DNA from: Candidatus Nezhaarchaeota archaeon
GTDB lineage: Archaea > Thermoproteota > Methanomethylicia > Nezhaarchaeales > WYZ-LMO8
Assembly (NCBI GenBank): GCA_025059375.1
Contig: JANXDO010000002.1
Coordinates: forward strand, 64,966-128,965
Reading direction: 5' to 3'
Length of the DNA stretch: 64,000 nt
Made by a program: the position numbers and the translations under genes. Positions within the stretch are counted from its first letter, which is position 1. Every line of letters starts with the position of its first letter. Positions 9,008 through 18,001 of the stretch are shown piece by piece. Under the pieces are notes generated by a model. The model was not told the DNA's origin, searched no databases, and was given only the letters and a program-made list of their open reading frames with translations.

Positions 9008-9358
9008 GTGAGCTTGGAGCTCAAGCTGTTGTTGGATAGATTCCATGACTTTGAGAAGGCTAAGCGCTTAGGATCCTTGAGTGGAGAGTACCTGAAGGAG
9101 GCCTCTACTATATACTTGAGTAGAGATGATGCAGAGGTACTCGGAGTATCTGAGGGGGACGTTGTTGAAGTGGTATCAGGAAACCGCTTAATTAGGGTTC
9201 GAGTTAGGGTTGATGAAGGTATCAAGAAGGGTTTCGCGTTTATGCCCCCCAGCCCAATGTCAATTGCCCTATTTGATTCGAGTAGGCAGCCATTAATCGT
9301 TAAGGTCTCAAGGTCCACGGGAGAGCCTACGGAGTTACTCACAATTCTACCTCCTTAA
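9008..9358 (+). CDS. fwdD: formylmethanofuran dehydrogenase subunit D-like molybdopterin-dinucleotide-binding domain protein
   Basis: VSEGDVVEVVSGNRLIRVRVRVDEGIKKGFAFMP is typical of the MopB C-terminal/FwdD domain. The antisense ORF 8995..9342 is S/T-rich low-complexity and was judged spurious. Confidence 0.6.
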   Translation: MSLELKLLLDRFHDFEKAKRLGSLSGEYLKEASTIYLSRDDAEVLGVSEGDVVEVVSGNRLIRVRVRVDEGIKKGFAFMPPSPMSIALFDSSRQPLIVKVSRSTGEPTELLTILPP

Positions 9359-10654
9359 TTTTGATAGTACCTCATCAATCCTACCCCTCTCAAAAGCGAC
9401 CCTCCCATGGACTGTGTTCACTAGGCTCTTAAGCCTCTCAATAGCATTAACCGCCTTATTGAACCCCCTAGACATAAGGGGTTTGGGCAGTGGCGGTGGA
9501 GGGGTAATCTCAACCCTCTCAACTTTAATAGCTCTGTAGTACACGGCTGGCTTAGGAGACTTATAGTTAGTGAGCATTCTCTTAAAGTACTCGTAGCTCA
9601 TGTTGAACCACAACACACTTGAATCCTCAAACCTTAAGTCACTCCTCGCTACTCTAATGGCATTAACTGGGCAAGCTTTCTCGCATGCTCCACAGTAAAT
9701 GCAGTAGTCCTTGACGAATAACATCTTGTCTAGTGATGGGGGTTTAGCGACGTACACTACATTAGTGGGGCATATGTTTATGCAATTCTTACAGCCAGAC
9801 GGATCACAGTTGTTTGGTTGAACCATGTATACGTCCCCCTTAAATTGCTTCTCGACCTTTATTGCCCCTACAGGACATAGAGTGCATAAACCGCACCAAA
9901 CGCATTTTTCTTCGTCTACATCTATTGATCCATCGACTTCAGGTTCACATACTTCTCTAGGAGCTGCTTCCTTACACTCAACTTTGATCGCCTTTACTGG
10001 GCATATCTTTTCACAGAGTCCGCAGTAATCGCATTTACTCTCATCAACCAACACGGCTACTCCTAGCTTGAAGTGTGGAGGTTTGGATTGAGTCCACTCT
10101 ATCTTTATTGCATCGCAAAGAAGCTCACATAGACCACAGTAGCAACACTTTCCAAGGTCTATGGTTATCGTGCCTATTCCCCCCACCTTGCCCTCCTCAA
10201 GATACTTCACAAGCTTGCTCTTCTTCTTGATGTTGATGTTGACCCTTATTGCTCTCCTCGGGCATATCTTCTCACAGAATAGGCATGGAATGCACTTTTC
10301 GCGATCTACCACCATGTTTCCCTTGACCCTCGGATGAGGGAAGTCTGCCTTAAGGGTGAGCTTTAAAGCTTTAGAGGGGCAAACAGATGAGCATAGGGGG
10401 CAAGCGATACACTTTGTCTCATCTATAATTATATATGGAGCCTCCACCCTCCCTGACGCTATGTCCTTAACTGGACCCATTGATATTGCCTTGACTGGAC
10501 AGACGATCTCACAGAGCCCACATCCAAAGCACTTATCAGTGTGGTATGAAAGCTTCTTCTCTAATACTGGAGCTAGCCACCTATAATTGATGGTCTTGCC
10601 CTCCAACTCTAACTTAGATTGTGGCTTCACAATCTTCAAGAGCTTACACCTCAA
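9347..10654 (-). CDS. polyferredoxin with eight [4Fe-4S] motifs (FwdF/MvhB-like)
   Basis: Eight CxxCxxCxxxCP-type motifs are present (CFGCGLCEIVCP, CIACPLCSSVCP, CIPCLFCEKICP, CDYCGLCEKICP, CIYCGACEKACP and others). Confidence 0.8.
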   Translation of the reverse strand: MRCKLLKIVKPQSKLELEGKTINYRWLAPVLEKKLSYHTDKCFGCGLCEIVCPVKAISMGPVKDIASGRVEAPYIIIDETKCIACPLCSSVCPSKALKLTLKADFPHPRVKGNMVVDREKCIPCLFCEKICPRRAIRVNINIKKKSKLVKYLEEGKVGGIGTITIDLGKCCYCGLCELLCDAIKIEWTQSKPPHFKLGVAVLVDESKCDYCGLCEKICPVKAIKVECKEAAPREVCEPEVDGSIDVDEEKCVWCGLCTLCPVGAIKVEKQFKGDVYMVQPNNCDPSGCKNCINICPTNVVYVAKPPSLDKMLFVKDYCIYCGACEKACPVNAIRVARSDLRFEDSSVLWFNMSYEYFKRMLTNYKSPKPAVYYRAIKVERVEITPPPPLPKPLMSRGFNKAVNAIERLKSLVNTVHGRVAFERGRIDEVLSKLRR

Positions 10655-13028
10655 ATTCCGAGCCTATTGGCCCCAGCTTAGTTACCTTCTCAACGAACAT
10701 AGTTACTAGTTCAGCTATTCTCTTGCCCTCTGATGCCGAGGCTCCATCGATCATCAGCCTTTCAGGGCTTATACCAACACTCTCTAAAAGCTTTTTAAGA
10801 GCTTTAACCCTCTCGTTAGCCTTTAATCTACCAACTCTATAGTGGCAGTCCTGCTCGTAGCAGCCCAAAATCATGACCCCATCAGCTCCAAGCTTAAGTG
10901 CTTCAAGAATGTGGTCTGGAGATACTCTTGCACTACATGGGACCCTTATGACCCTGACGTTCGTTGGGTATGCAATTTTGTTTAAGCCAGCATTGTCGGC
11001 GGCTGCATAGCTACACCACATGCATGTGAAGGCCACTATTAAGGGATACTCGCTCTTACTTAGTAGGAGGGCCTTCAGCATAGCTGATATCTGCTCATTA
11101 GTTAAGTAGCCAGGTGGTATTAGGGCCCCAGCTGGACATGCAGCTAAGCAGGAACCACAACCTCTACACGCAACGTCATAGACCTCAATTTCACCCCTAC
11201 CCGCTTTCAAGGCTCCAAATGGACATGCTCCAACACAGTTGAAGCATAGCTTACACCTTGACTTATCTATGGTGGGGGCGTAGACCTCAATCTCTACCTT
11301 GCCCCTACCTAGGAATTCAGCCACTCTCGACGCAGCTAAGCCAGCTTGAGATACAGTCTCCGTTATGTCCTTAGGGCCAGTGCACGCGCCAGCAACATAG
11401 ATTCCCTTACTAAAGGTATCGGCTGGATTGAGTTTAAGGTGGTATTCAGCTAGGAAACCATCCTCACTTAAGTGGATGCCCATCATTGATGCCAGTTCCC
11501 TAATACCATCGGGAGGCTCCATACCTACAGCCAGGACCACGAGGTCGAAGTCCTCCTCCTTAAACTTGCCGTCCATGATGTCCTCGTAGAAAACCCTAAG
11601 CTTACCGTCCTTAGTCCTCCTGATCTCACCGACCCTGCTCTTCACGAAGTTGACCCCCATGTCCATAGCGCGCCTATAAGCCTCTTCAGATAGTTTTCCG
11701 GAGGCCCTGACGTCAATGTAGAAGATTGCTATGTGGGTCTCGGGTACAGTTAGCTTCGTTTGAATTGCTTGCTTAATTGCGTAGTTGCAGCAGACCCTAC
11801 TACAGTATACATGGCCGATTCTATCGCTTCTACTACCAACACATTGGATGAAAGCGATCCTCTTCGGAGGGGTTCCATCTGATGGCCTGACAATCCTACC
11901 TCTCGTGGGTCCTGTGCTATTGAGCATTCTTTCGTACTCAGGACCCGTCACAACGTCGAGGAACCTGCCATAACCATACTCCTCCATCCCTCTAGGATCA
12001 AATGGCCTAAACCCTACAGCAACTATTATGGCTCCAACCTTAAACTTCATTACCTTGTCCTCATCCCTAAAGTTTATGGCCTTAGGCTCGCAGACGCCCA
12101 AGCAGGAGTAGCAGCCAATGCAGCTCTTTATGTCGATATATGGGGCGTGCGGAACGCTTTCAGGTGATGGTTTGACTATAGCGCTTCTAAATCCAATGCC
12201 ATAGTCGTACTCGTTGGGGATCTTTATTGGACAAACTTCCAAGCACTTATTACACCCGGTACAGAGCTTTTCATCAATATACCTCGCCCTCCTAAGGATC
12301 TCGACGTCATAACTGCCCGGCATGCCTCTAACAGATCTAACTTCACTTAATGTTAGGACCTCTATGTTTGGGTGGTTGTAGGCTTTTGAGAGTTGGGGGC
12401 CAAGGACACATATGCTGCAATCGATAGTTGGGAAGACCTTATCCCACTTTGCCATGTGACCGCCTATGAAGCCTTCCTTCTCCACTAAGTACACCTTGAA
12501 GCCCATGTCAGCCAGTAGTAGAGCAGCCGTGACTCCAGCAACGCCTCCGCCTATCACCATGACGCTCTTCTCGGCATGCATGCTTACAGTCCTCGCTGGA
12601 ATAGCATGTGGAGCAGCAGCCAATGCCATCTCTATGAGGTCCATTGCCTTAACTGTGGCTCTTTCAGGGTCGTGATAGTGAACCCACGCACATTGTTCTC
12701 GAATGTTAACTATCTCCACGTAACCTCGATTTAACCCGACCTCCTCAGCTGTCTTCTTAAATAGCTCTCCGTGGAGCGATGGAGTGCAGCAAGCAACTAT
12801 TAACCTCGAAGCTTTCTCCTCCACTACAGTCTCCTTTATCCTCCTTAACCCATCATCACTACAGCAGTGTTCATGTTCCTTCACTACCACGTTACTTCTC
12901 CCTGAAAAGTGTTTGAGAAGCCTCTCGACATCTACCACCCCAGCGATATTGGTTCCACACCTACAGACGAAGAGAACCAACTTGCCCTCGCCACTTAGAT
13001 CTGATGAAGCGCTGCTCGACTGCGACAT
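10644..13028 (-). CDS. hdrA: heterodisulfide reductase subunit A with a fused C-terminal MvhD-like domain
   Basis: The FAD/NAD Rossmann motif VMVIGGGVAGVTAALLLA, multiple 4Fe-4S motifs and the HdrA thioredoxin-like N-terminus are present. The C-terminal …FTCMWCSYAAADNAG…VPCSARV…ILGCYEQDCHYR matches MvhD. Confidence 0.8.
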   Translation of the reverse strand: MSQSSSASSDLSGEGKLVLFVCRCGTNIAGVVDVERLLKHFSGRSNVVVKEHEHCCSDDGLRRIKETVVEEKASRLIVACCTPSLHGELFKKTAEEVGLNRGYVEIVNIREQCAWVHYHDPERATVKAMDLIEMALAAAPHAIPARTVSMHAEKSVMVIGGGVAGVTAALLLADMGFKVYLVEKEGFIGGHMAKWDKVFPTIDCSICVLGPQLSKAYNHPNIEVLTLSEVRSVRGMPGSYDVEILRRARYIDEKLCTGCNKCLEVCPIKIPNEYDYGIGFRSAIVKPSPESVPHAPYIDIKSCIGCYSCLGVCEPKAINFRDEDKVMKFKVGAIIVAVGFRPFDPRGMEEYGYGRFLDVVTGPEYERMLNSTGPTRGRIVRPSDGTPPKRIAFIQCVGSRSDRIGHVYCSRVCCNYAIKQAIQTKLTVPETHIAIFYIDVRASGKLSEEAYRRAMDMGVNFVKSRVGEIRRTKDGKLRVFYEDIMDGKFKEEDFDLVVLAVGMEPPDGIRELASMMGIHLSEDGFLAEYHLKLNPADTFSKGIYVAGACTGPKDITETVSQAGLAASRVAEFLGRGKVEIEVYAPTIDKSRCKLCFNCVGACPFGALKAGRGEIEVYDVACRGCGSCLAACPAGALIPPGYLTNEQISAMLKALLLSKSEYPLIVAFTCMWCSYAAADNAGLNKIAYPTNVRVIRVPCSARVSPDHILEALKLGADGVMILGCYEQDCHYRVGRLKANERVKALKKLLESVGISPERLMIDGASASEGKRIAELVTMFVEKVTKLGPIGSEFEV

Positions 13029-13039
13029 CTCTATGCCCT

Positions 13040-14281
13040 CTATACGGAGTTTATGAGTCGGCTTATGAGTTCTTCCTCACTGATCAACCCTTCCCTCGCC
13101 TTCATGAATGGTCTAAGCTCTACATCCACTCCATCGGTCCTAGTAACCTTGCCCCCGGCTTCAATCCCTAGTGCTGCTACCGGTATGGCTATGCTTGAGT
13201 AGTATTGAGTTAAGCTCTTTAGTTCTGTTGTACAAGCCAGCTTGCCTTTAAGGCTTATAGCAAGTTGAGGTGAGGTTTGAGCTACTATGTCACTATTGAC
13301 GGCAAGCACAAAGTCCACGCTACCTCGTGATATTAAGTCGTAAGCTGACTTAGTGCGCTCCTTAACTTTGAAGTCGTATGGATCGCATAAGCCCAATTTC
13401 GTGTACGTTACTTTGGCTTGACCATAGGAGTTCAAACTCTCAGCTAGTGGGTGAAGTGAGCATATACCCTCCTCACACAATCTCTTCGCCAATTTAACTA
13501 TCTCCTTAACGCTCTCCTCGTAGTTCTCACATCTTAAAACGCTATCCCCAACGAACATAGCCGTGAAAAATGCTCTCTTCAAGTCAGAGACAAGTAAGAA
13601 GACTTGCCTAGCAAATTCAAGCGAGGTGCTTGGCGCTCGCCCATCGAGAGCTTCTCTAATTGCCTTTGCTAACTCGGAGTCTCTACATGGCTCTACCACT
13701 ACTTTATGTTGAGCGATCTTCATGCTCGCTGATTCCCTGACGTCTATCATGGCTACAATCCTGCTTTCCCTCCCCATCTTTGCTGCAATTCCCCGCGGCA
13801 TAACTGTATATTTGCTCGCATGCCTCAAGTGAGTATCAGCGACGCTAGCACCCCAGTACAGTATGAAGTCAGCTGCATTCAATATCTCTGTAAAGCTGAG
13901 ATCCTTAACTTCAAAGCTCCTCTGAATAGGTGTCATCACCCTACATATTGATGGTGGGGCATCATAGACAGCATTAAGCTTTTCAGCAAGCTCTAAGCAC
14001 AATTCAATTACTCTATTACTTGAGCACTCTCCACCATAGATTAGAGGCTTTTTAGCAGACCTAAGCTTCTTTATCAACAACTCTACACTCTTGTCTATGT
14101 CGACTTCCAAACCATTTGCGAGGGCTGATTTAGGTCTATTCTCGTTAAGCCCTTTAAATCTGGCATTTCCGTGACTACATGCCCCCCATGTCTTAGTTAT
14201 GACGTTACCGTCAACCTCGACATCAACATCATCGCAAAGAAGTGAGCAGCCCGTGCATATGACATTTTCAATCTTCATCAT
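13040..14281 (-). CDS. fwdB: formylmethanofuran dehydrogenase subunit B-like Mo/W-bisPGD protein
   Basis: The N-terminus MMKIENVICTGCSLLCDDVDVEVDGNVI…GACSHGNARF matches the FwdB/FmdB signature (CxxCxxxCDD). Its 413-aa size fits. Confidence 0.7.
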   Translation of the reverse strand: MMKIENVICTGCSLLCDDVDVEVDGNVITKTWGACSHGNARFKGLNENRPKSALANGLEVDIDKSVELLIKKLRSAKKPLIYGGECSSNRVIELCLELAEKLNAVYDAPPSICRVMTPIQRSFEVKDLSFTEILNAADFILYWGASVADTHLRHASKYTVMPRGIAAKMGRESRIVAMIDVRESASMKIAQHKVVVEPCRDSELAKAIREALDGRAPSTSLEFARQVFLLVSDLKRAFFTAMFVGDSVLRCENYEESVKEIVKLAKRLCEEGICSLHPLAESLNSYGQAKVTYTKLGLCDPYDFKVKERTKSAYDLISRGSVDFVLAVNSDIVAQTSPQLAISLKGKLACTTELKSLTQYYSSIAIPVAALGIEAGGKVTRTDGVDVELRPFMKAREGLISEEELISRLINSV

Positions 14282-14667
14282 GCCACCACTTTAATTGCAC
14301 CGCTATAGCAAACAAGTTCACAGACATTACAGTTTGTCCTTGATGGAGGATAGCGCCTACACTTCCTTAGATTTAGCACCCTTACTCTACCATCTTCAAT
14401 CGTCCATAGAGCATCCGGGCTCTTAGAGTTGTTACCTTTAGCGGATTTGGGGTCGAGGATAACGTTCTCAGGGCATGCTACTATACAGTTCCCACATCCA
14501 ATACACTTATTCGGGTCTATTTCAACTAGAGTTTCAACGGCTGAGAGCAGGGGGGCTAAGAGCTCTCTAAGCTTTGTAAGCTTATCAGCATAGCGAGCAT
14601 CAGTGATGAGGGGGAGGCAATCCTCAATCTTGGCTTGCTTGGTTATTAACTTAAAGGCAAAGCCCAT
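14278..14667 (-). CDS. 2x[4Fe-4S] ferredoxin (FwdG-like)
   Basis: It carries CIGCGNCIVACP plus CNVCELVC. It overlaps fwdB by 4 nt. Confidence 0.55.
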   Translation of the reverse strand: MGFAFKLITKQAKIEDCLPLITDARYADKLTKLRELLAPLLSAVETLVEIDPNKCIGCGNCIVACPENVILDPKSAKGNNSKSPDALWTIEDGRVRVLNLRKCRRYPPSRTNCNVCELVCYSGAIKVVA

Positions 14668-14857
14668 ACAAGTCGTACCGCACTTCCCACAATTAATTGC
14701 AGGTAGGAATCCATAAACCTGTAGAGGAGAGATTCTACTAGACAGAGCCTAAACCCCCATTACTTGCTTTGAGCTTTGAAGCTACGATTTAAGGGCTTTT
14801 CGGAGAATTAGAGTTGCTTAGAAATTGTAATAATGATTATGTTGGGCGCTAATGTTG

Positions 14858-15259
14858 TCATGATTCGCTGCTTTGAAGCCTCTTCCTAACCTCAGTGAAG
14901 TCTTGGTTCAGAGCTTCAAGCACCCTCTTGCATATCGAATTTAAGACTTCTTGAATACTTCTTTTAAGTCTTTCAGGTTCAATAGCTTCATACTTGTAGT
15001 AGTATCCTCCCCTCTCGATTATGTGAGGCTTTCTCACCAAGAGGCCCATATTGGTAAGCTTTATTGCTATTCTATAGGCAGTCGGCTTACTTTTCCTTAG
15101 AGCTTCAGCTAATTCCTCGACCGTCATGGGCTTCTCGAGAATTGTGAAGTAAGCCCTTATCTCATCTCGATTTAATCCGAGGAGGCACTCCATGACGTCT
15201 TCGATGGATACCCTTGATGTAAGGGTCTTTAACTTGAGAGGTTTTAAGCCCTCGAGCAA
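14858..15259 (-). CDS. winged-helix transcriptional regulator (TrmB/MarR-like)
   Basis: The HTH segment MTVEELAEALRKSKPTAYRIAIKLTNMGLL is present in a 133-aa protein. Confidence 0.5.
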   Translation of the reverse strand: MLEGLKPLKLKTLTSRVSIEDVMECLLGLNRDEIRAYFTILEKPMTVEELAEALRKSKPTAYRIAIKLTNMGLLVRKPHIIERGGYYYKYEAIEPERLKRSIQEVLNSICKRVLEALNQDFTEVRKRLQSSES

Positions 15260-15323
15260 GGTTTATCACAGCAAAGTTAGATATGGACCACTTATAAGCT
15301 TTAGACCTTACATTACCATCAAG

Positions 15324-16913
15324 TCATCCTACTATGGCTTCATGTTTATGTAGGTAATACTCGTATCCTTCAACCAGCGCCTCTATGCTCGCTTCAAGTA
15401 TGTTGGTAGAAGCCCCCGTAGTGGACCAATAATCTTCATCGCCTTTAAACTCAATCAGCACTCTAACCATGGATGCAGTCCCCATGCTCCTCCCAACTAT
15501 TGAAACCTTGTAATTGGCTAATTCAACTTTCTCGACCATGGGGTACTCAGGTCTTAGGGCTTTGAGGAGGGCAAGATCTTGTGCATGGACGGGGCCTATG
15601 CCCTCAGCTATGCTTGTAAGTATTCTATTCTTGATCTTCAGCTTTATCGTGCATATGGACTTAATGTCAGACTTATGGAACTTACTCGTCACCCTCCAAG
15701 ATAGGACCTCAAAGTGAGGTTTAAACTTGTTTAAGGCCTTCAACATAACGAGGTAAAGTGAGCCATCAGCATTTTCAAATGTTTTGCCGCGGGCCTCAAG
15801 CTCCTTAACCATCCTAAGGATCCTGGTGATGGCGGGGTCACTTTTGTCTAGATTTAATCCAAACTTCTTGGCCTTGTACATTATGGCTGCTCGACCAGAA
15901 AGCTCGGATACGGCTATGAGCCTCTCATTGCCCACGATAGACGGGTCTATATGCTCATAGGCCCTCCTATTCTTTATTACAGCATCACTATGCATTCCAG
16001 CTTTATGTGCAAAGGCATACTGACCAGTGTATGGTTGATACTTGTTAGGCTCCATCCCCACAAGTTCGTAGACAAACATTGATAGGCTTCTTAAACCTTG
16101 AAGGCCGTTACGGCTTTGCCTCAAGGCTTTATACCCCATCTTAACCTCAAGAGCTGGAATTATTTGACATAGATCAGCATTCCCACATCTCTCACCAAGA
16201 CCATTAATAGTCCCTTGAACTTGTACAGCACCGGCGATCACAGCCATTAAGCTATTCGCTACTGCAAGTCCAGAGTCATTATGACAGTGAACCCCTATGT
16301 ATTCGCCAAACTTTTCACACATCCTCTTAGTTATCTCGTAGAACTCGTGAGTTAGTGTTCCACCATTAGTATCACAAAGAACGAGTCTCTCAGCGCCAGC
16401 CTCTCTAGCGGTCTCAAGTACCTTAACTGCGTATTCTGGATCCTCCTTGTAGCCATCATAGAAGTGTTCAGCATCAAAAACCACCTTAATTCCATGGTCT
16501 CTTAGGAAAGTTATTGAGTCGTACACCATGTCTAAGTTTTCATTTAAGCTTGTCTTCAAGACCTCCTTAACATGAAGGGTCCACGACTTGCCGACTATTG
16601 CTGCATAGTCTACATCACACTTAATTATGGCATTGAGGTTCTCATCCTCAGCAAGTTTGAGGTTATGTCTTCTAGTGCTTCCAAATGCAACGATCTTTGC
16701 TTGCTTGAGGCTGTACTCCTTAATCGACTTGAAGTACTCTTCGTCCTTCGGGTTAGATGCTGGCCAGCCACCCTCAATAAATGGGATACCGAACTCGTCA
16801 AGCTTCAGGGTTAAGCTTATCTTGTCTTGAAGTGAGAAGCTCACACCCATTCCTTGAGAGCCATCTCTAAGAGTTGTGTCGTAAATCTCAATGAACCTTG
16901 ATTTGGCGATCAC
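15324..16913 (-). CDS. citramalate synthase / 2-isopropylmalate synthase family (CimA/LeuA)
   Basis: It carries IYDTTLRDGSQ, the HxH metal site GVHCHNDSGLAVANSL and a C-terminal regulatory domain. It is 529 aa. Confidence 0.8.
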   Translation of the reverse strand: MIAKSRFIEIYDTTLRDGSQGMGVSFSLQDKISLTLKLDEFGIPFIEGGWPASNPKDEEYFKSIKEYSLKQAKIVAFGSTRRHNLKLAEDENLNAIIKCDVDYAAIVGKSWTLHVKEVLKTSLNENLDMVYDSITFLRDHGIKVVFDAEHFYDGYKEDPEYAVKVLETAREAGAERLVLCDTNGGTLTHEFYEITKRMCEKFGEYIGVHCHNDSGLAVANSLMAVIAGAVQVQGTINGLGERCGNADLCQIIPALEVKMGYKALRQSRNGLQGLRSLSMFVYELVGMEPNKYQPYTGQYAFAHKAGMHSDAVIKNRRAYEHIDPSIVGNERLIAVSELSGRAAIMYKAKKFGLNLDKSDPAITRILRMVKELEARGKTFENADGSLYLVMLKALNKFKPHFEVLSWRVTSKFHKSDIKSICTIKLKIKNRILTSIAEGIGPVHAQDLALLKALRPEYPMVEKVELANYKVSIVGRSMGTASMVRVLIEFKGDEDYWSTTGASTNILEASIEALVEGYEYYLHKHEAIVG

Positions 16914-16982
16914 CCATACTTAAACCCTCACCAGCTCTCAGCATTTTTCTTAGCCTGAACTTAAAATTTTCGTGTAATGGTT

Positions 16983-16994
16983 TTCCTATAGGAA
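16983..16994. promoter_or_regulatory. perfect 12-bp palindrome TTCCTATAGGAA with a TATA core, in a divergent intergenic region
   Basis: The palindrome is read directly from the sequence. It lies 70 nt upstream of cimA-family gene (minus strand) and 49 nt upstream of the VIT-like gene (plus strand). Confidence 0.35.
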
Positions 16995-17042
16995 TTGTAA
17001 GGTTAATATCTCGGTTAAGTTCTACTCTAACCCGCCACCCCC

Positions 17043-17717
17043 ATGGGAGAGAAGGAACCCCATAGAAGCAAGCTAAGTAAGCTATTATCGAGTCTCAGAG
17101 GTTACAGTGCTAACATCACATTGAGGCTAAGTAGTGGTTATCTAAGTTTAAAGAGAATGATAGAAATAAGTGGTGCAGATGAGATCTATAGGCGTTACTT
17201 CGTTATGAACATGTTCGATGGAGCTTTAGCCGCCCTAGGAGTTATCATGGGTATGTGGGTATCCGGGATTAAGGATTCGAGAGCTATTATCAGAACAGTC
17301 CTAGCAGCAGGTTTTGCGATGTTTCTTTCAGGGTTCTTAGGAGCATACTTAACGGAGAAGGCTGAGAGGGAGAGAAAAATTAGAGAGATTGAGGAGGCCA
17401 TGTTCATGAGGATGAGTGGCTCCCTCATAGAGAAATCATCTAAGCTCGCAATAATCCTAGTCTCAGTAGTCGATGGTATCTCACCACTAATTGCATGTGT
17501 AATATTGGTATTGCCGTTCATTGTCGTGCCGTCCTATGAATCAAACTTTGAGATCATTGCGTCAGCGTCCCTTAGCATAGGCATGATTACCCTAAGTGCT
17601 CTGGGCCTCCTTCTCAGTAGGGTAGCTCGTGAAAGATCAGTTAAGTACCCGCTGTACATGATACTTGCAGGTCTTGTATCCGCAATGATTATAATCCTCT
17701 TGGGAGGATATGTATAG
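17043..17717 (+). CDS. VIT1/CCC1-family-like membrane protein
   Basis: MFDGALAALGVIMG resembles the VIT1 signature. Multiple TM segments are present. Confidence 0.45.
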   Translation: MGEKEPHRSKLSKLLSSLRGYSANITLRLSSGYLSLKRMIEISGADEIYRRYFVMNMFDGALAALGVIMGMWVSGIKDSRAIIRTVLAAGFAMFLSGFLGAYLTEKAERERKIREIEEAMFMRMSGSLIEKSSKLAIILVSVVDGISPLIACVILVLPFIVVPSYESNFEIIASASLSIGMITLSALGLLLSRVARERSVKYPLYMILAGLVSAMIIILLGGYV

Positions 17718-17997
17718 CTTAGGTGTCTTAGTGATTGTTTCAATAAGGAGGCTTCTCATAGATGCATTGAAGCCTAGAGAGGTACCTATAACTGAACTAT
17801 CGAAAGCTATATGCTCAGCGAAGGGCGTAGACGAGGTTGATGTAATGGTAACTGAGGTTGACGCTAAGACTGAGACCGTCAAGATAACGATAATTGGAAG
17901 CAATATAGATTACGACGAGATAGTGAAGATAATTGCTGAGAATGGTGCGGCTATAAGGAGTATAGATCAAGTGATCGTATCTAAGTCTCGAAAGTAA
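17710..17997 (+). CDS. DUF211-family small protein
   Basis: …ALKPREVPITELSKAICSAKGVDEVDVMVTEVDAKTETVKITIIGSNIDYDEI resembles the archaeal COG1888/DUF211 family. Confidence 0.45.
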   Translation: MYSLGVLVIVSIRRLLIDALKPREVPITELSKAICSAKGVDEVDVMVTEVDAKTETVKITIIGSNIDYDEIVKIIAENGAAIRSIDQVIVSKSRK

Positions 17998-18001
17998 GTC
18001 T

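Noticed and set aside
8995-9342. 115-aa minus-strand ORF overlapping the fwdD-like gene
   Set aside because: Its translation is S/T/L-rich low-complexity with no motif. The plus-strand frame has a clear MopB C-terminal/FwdD signature, so the minus ORF is a shadow ORF.
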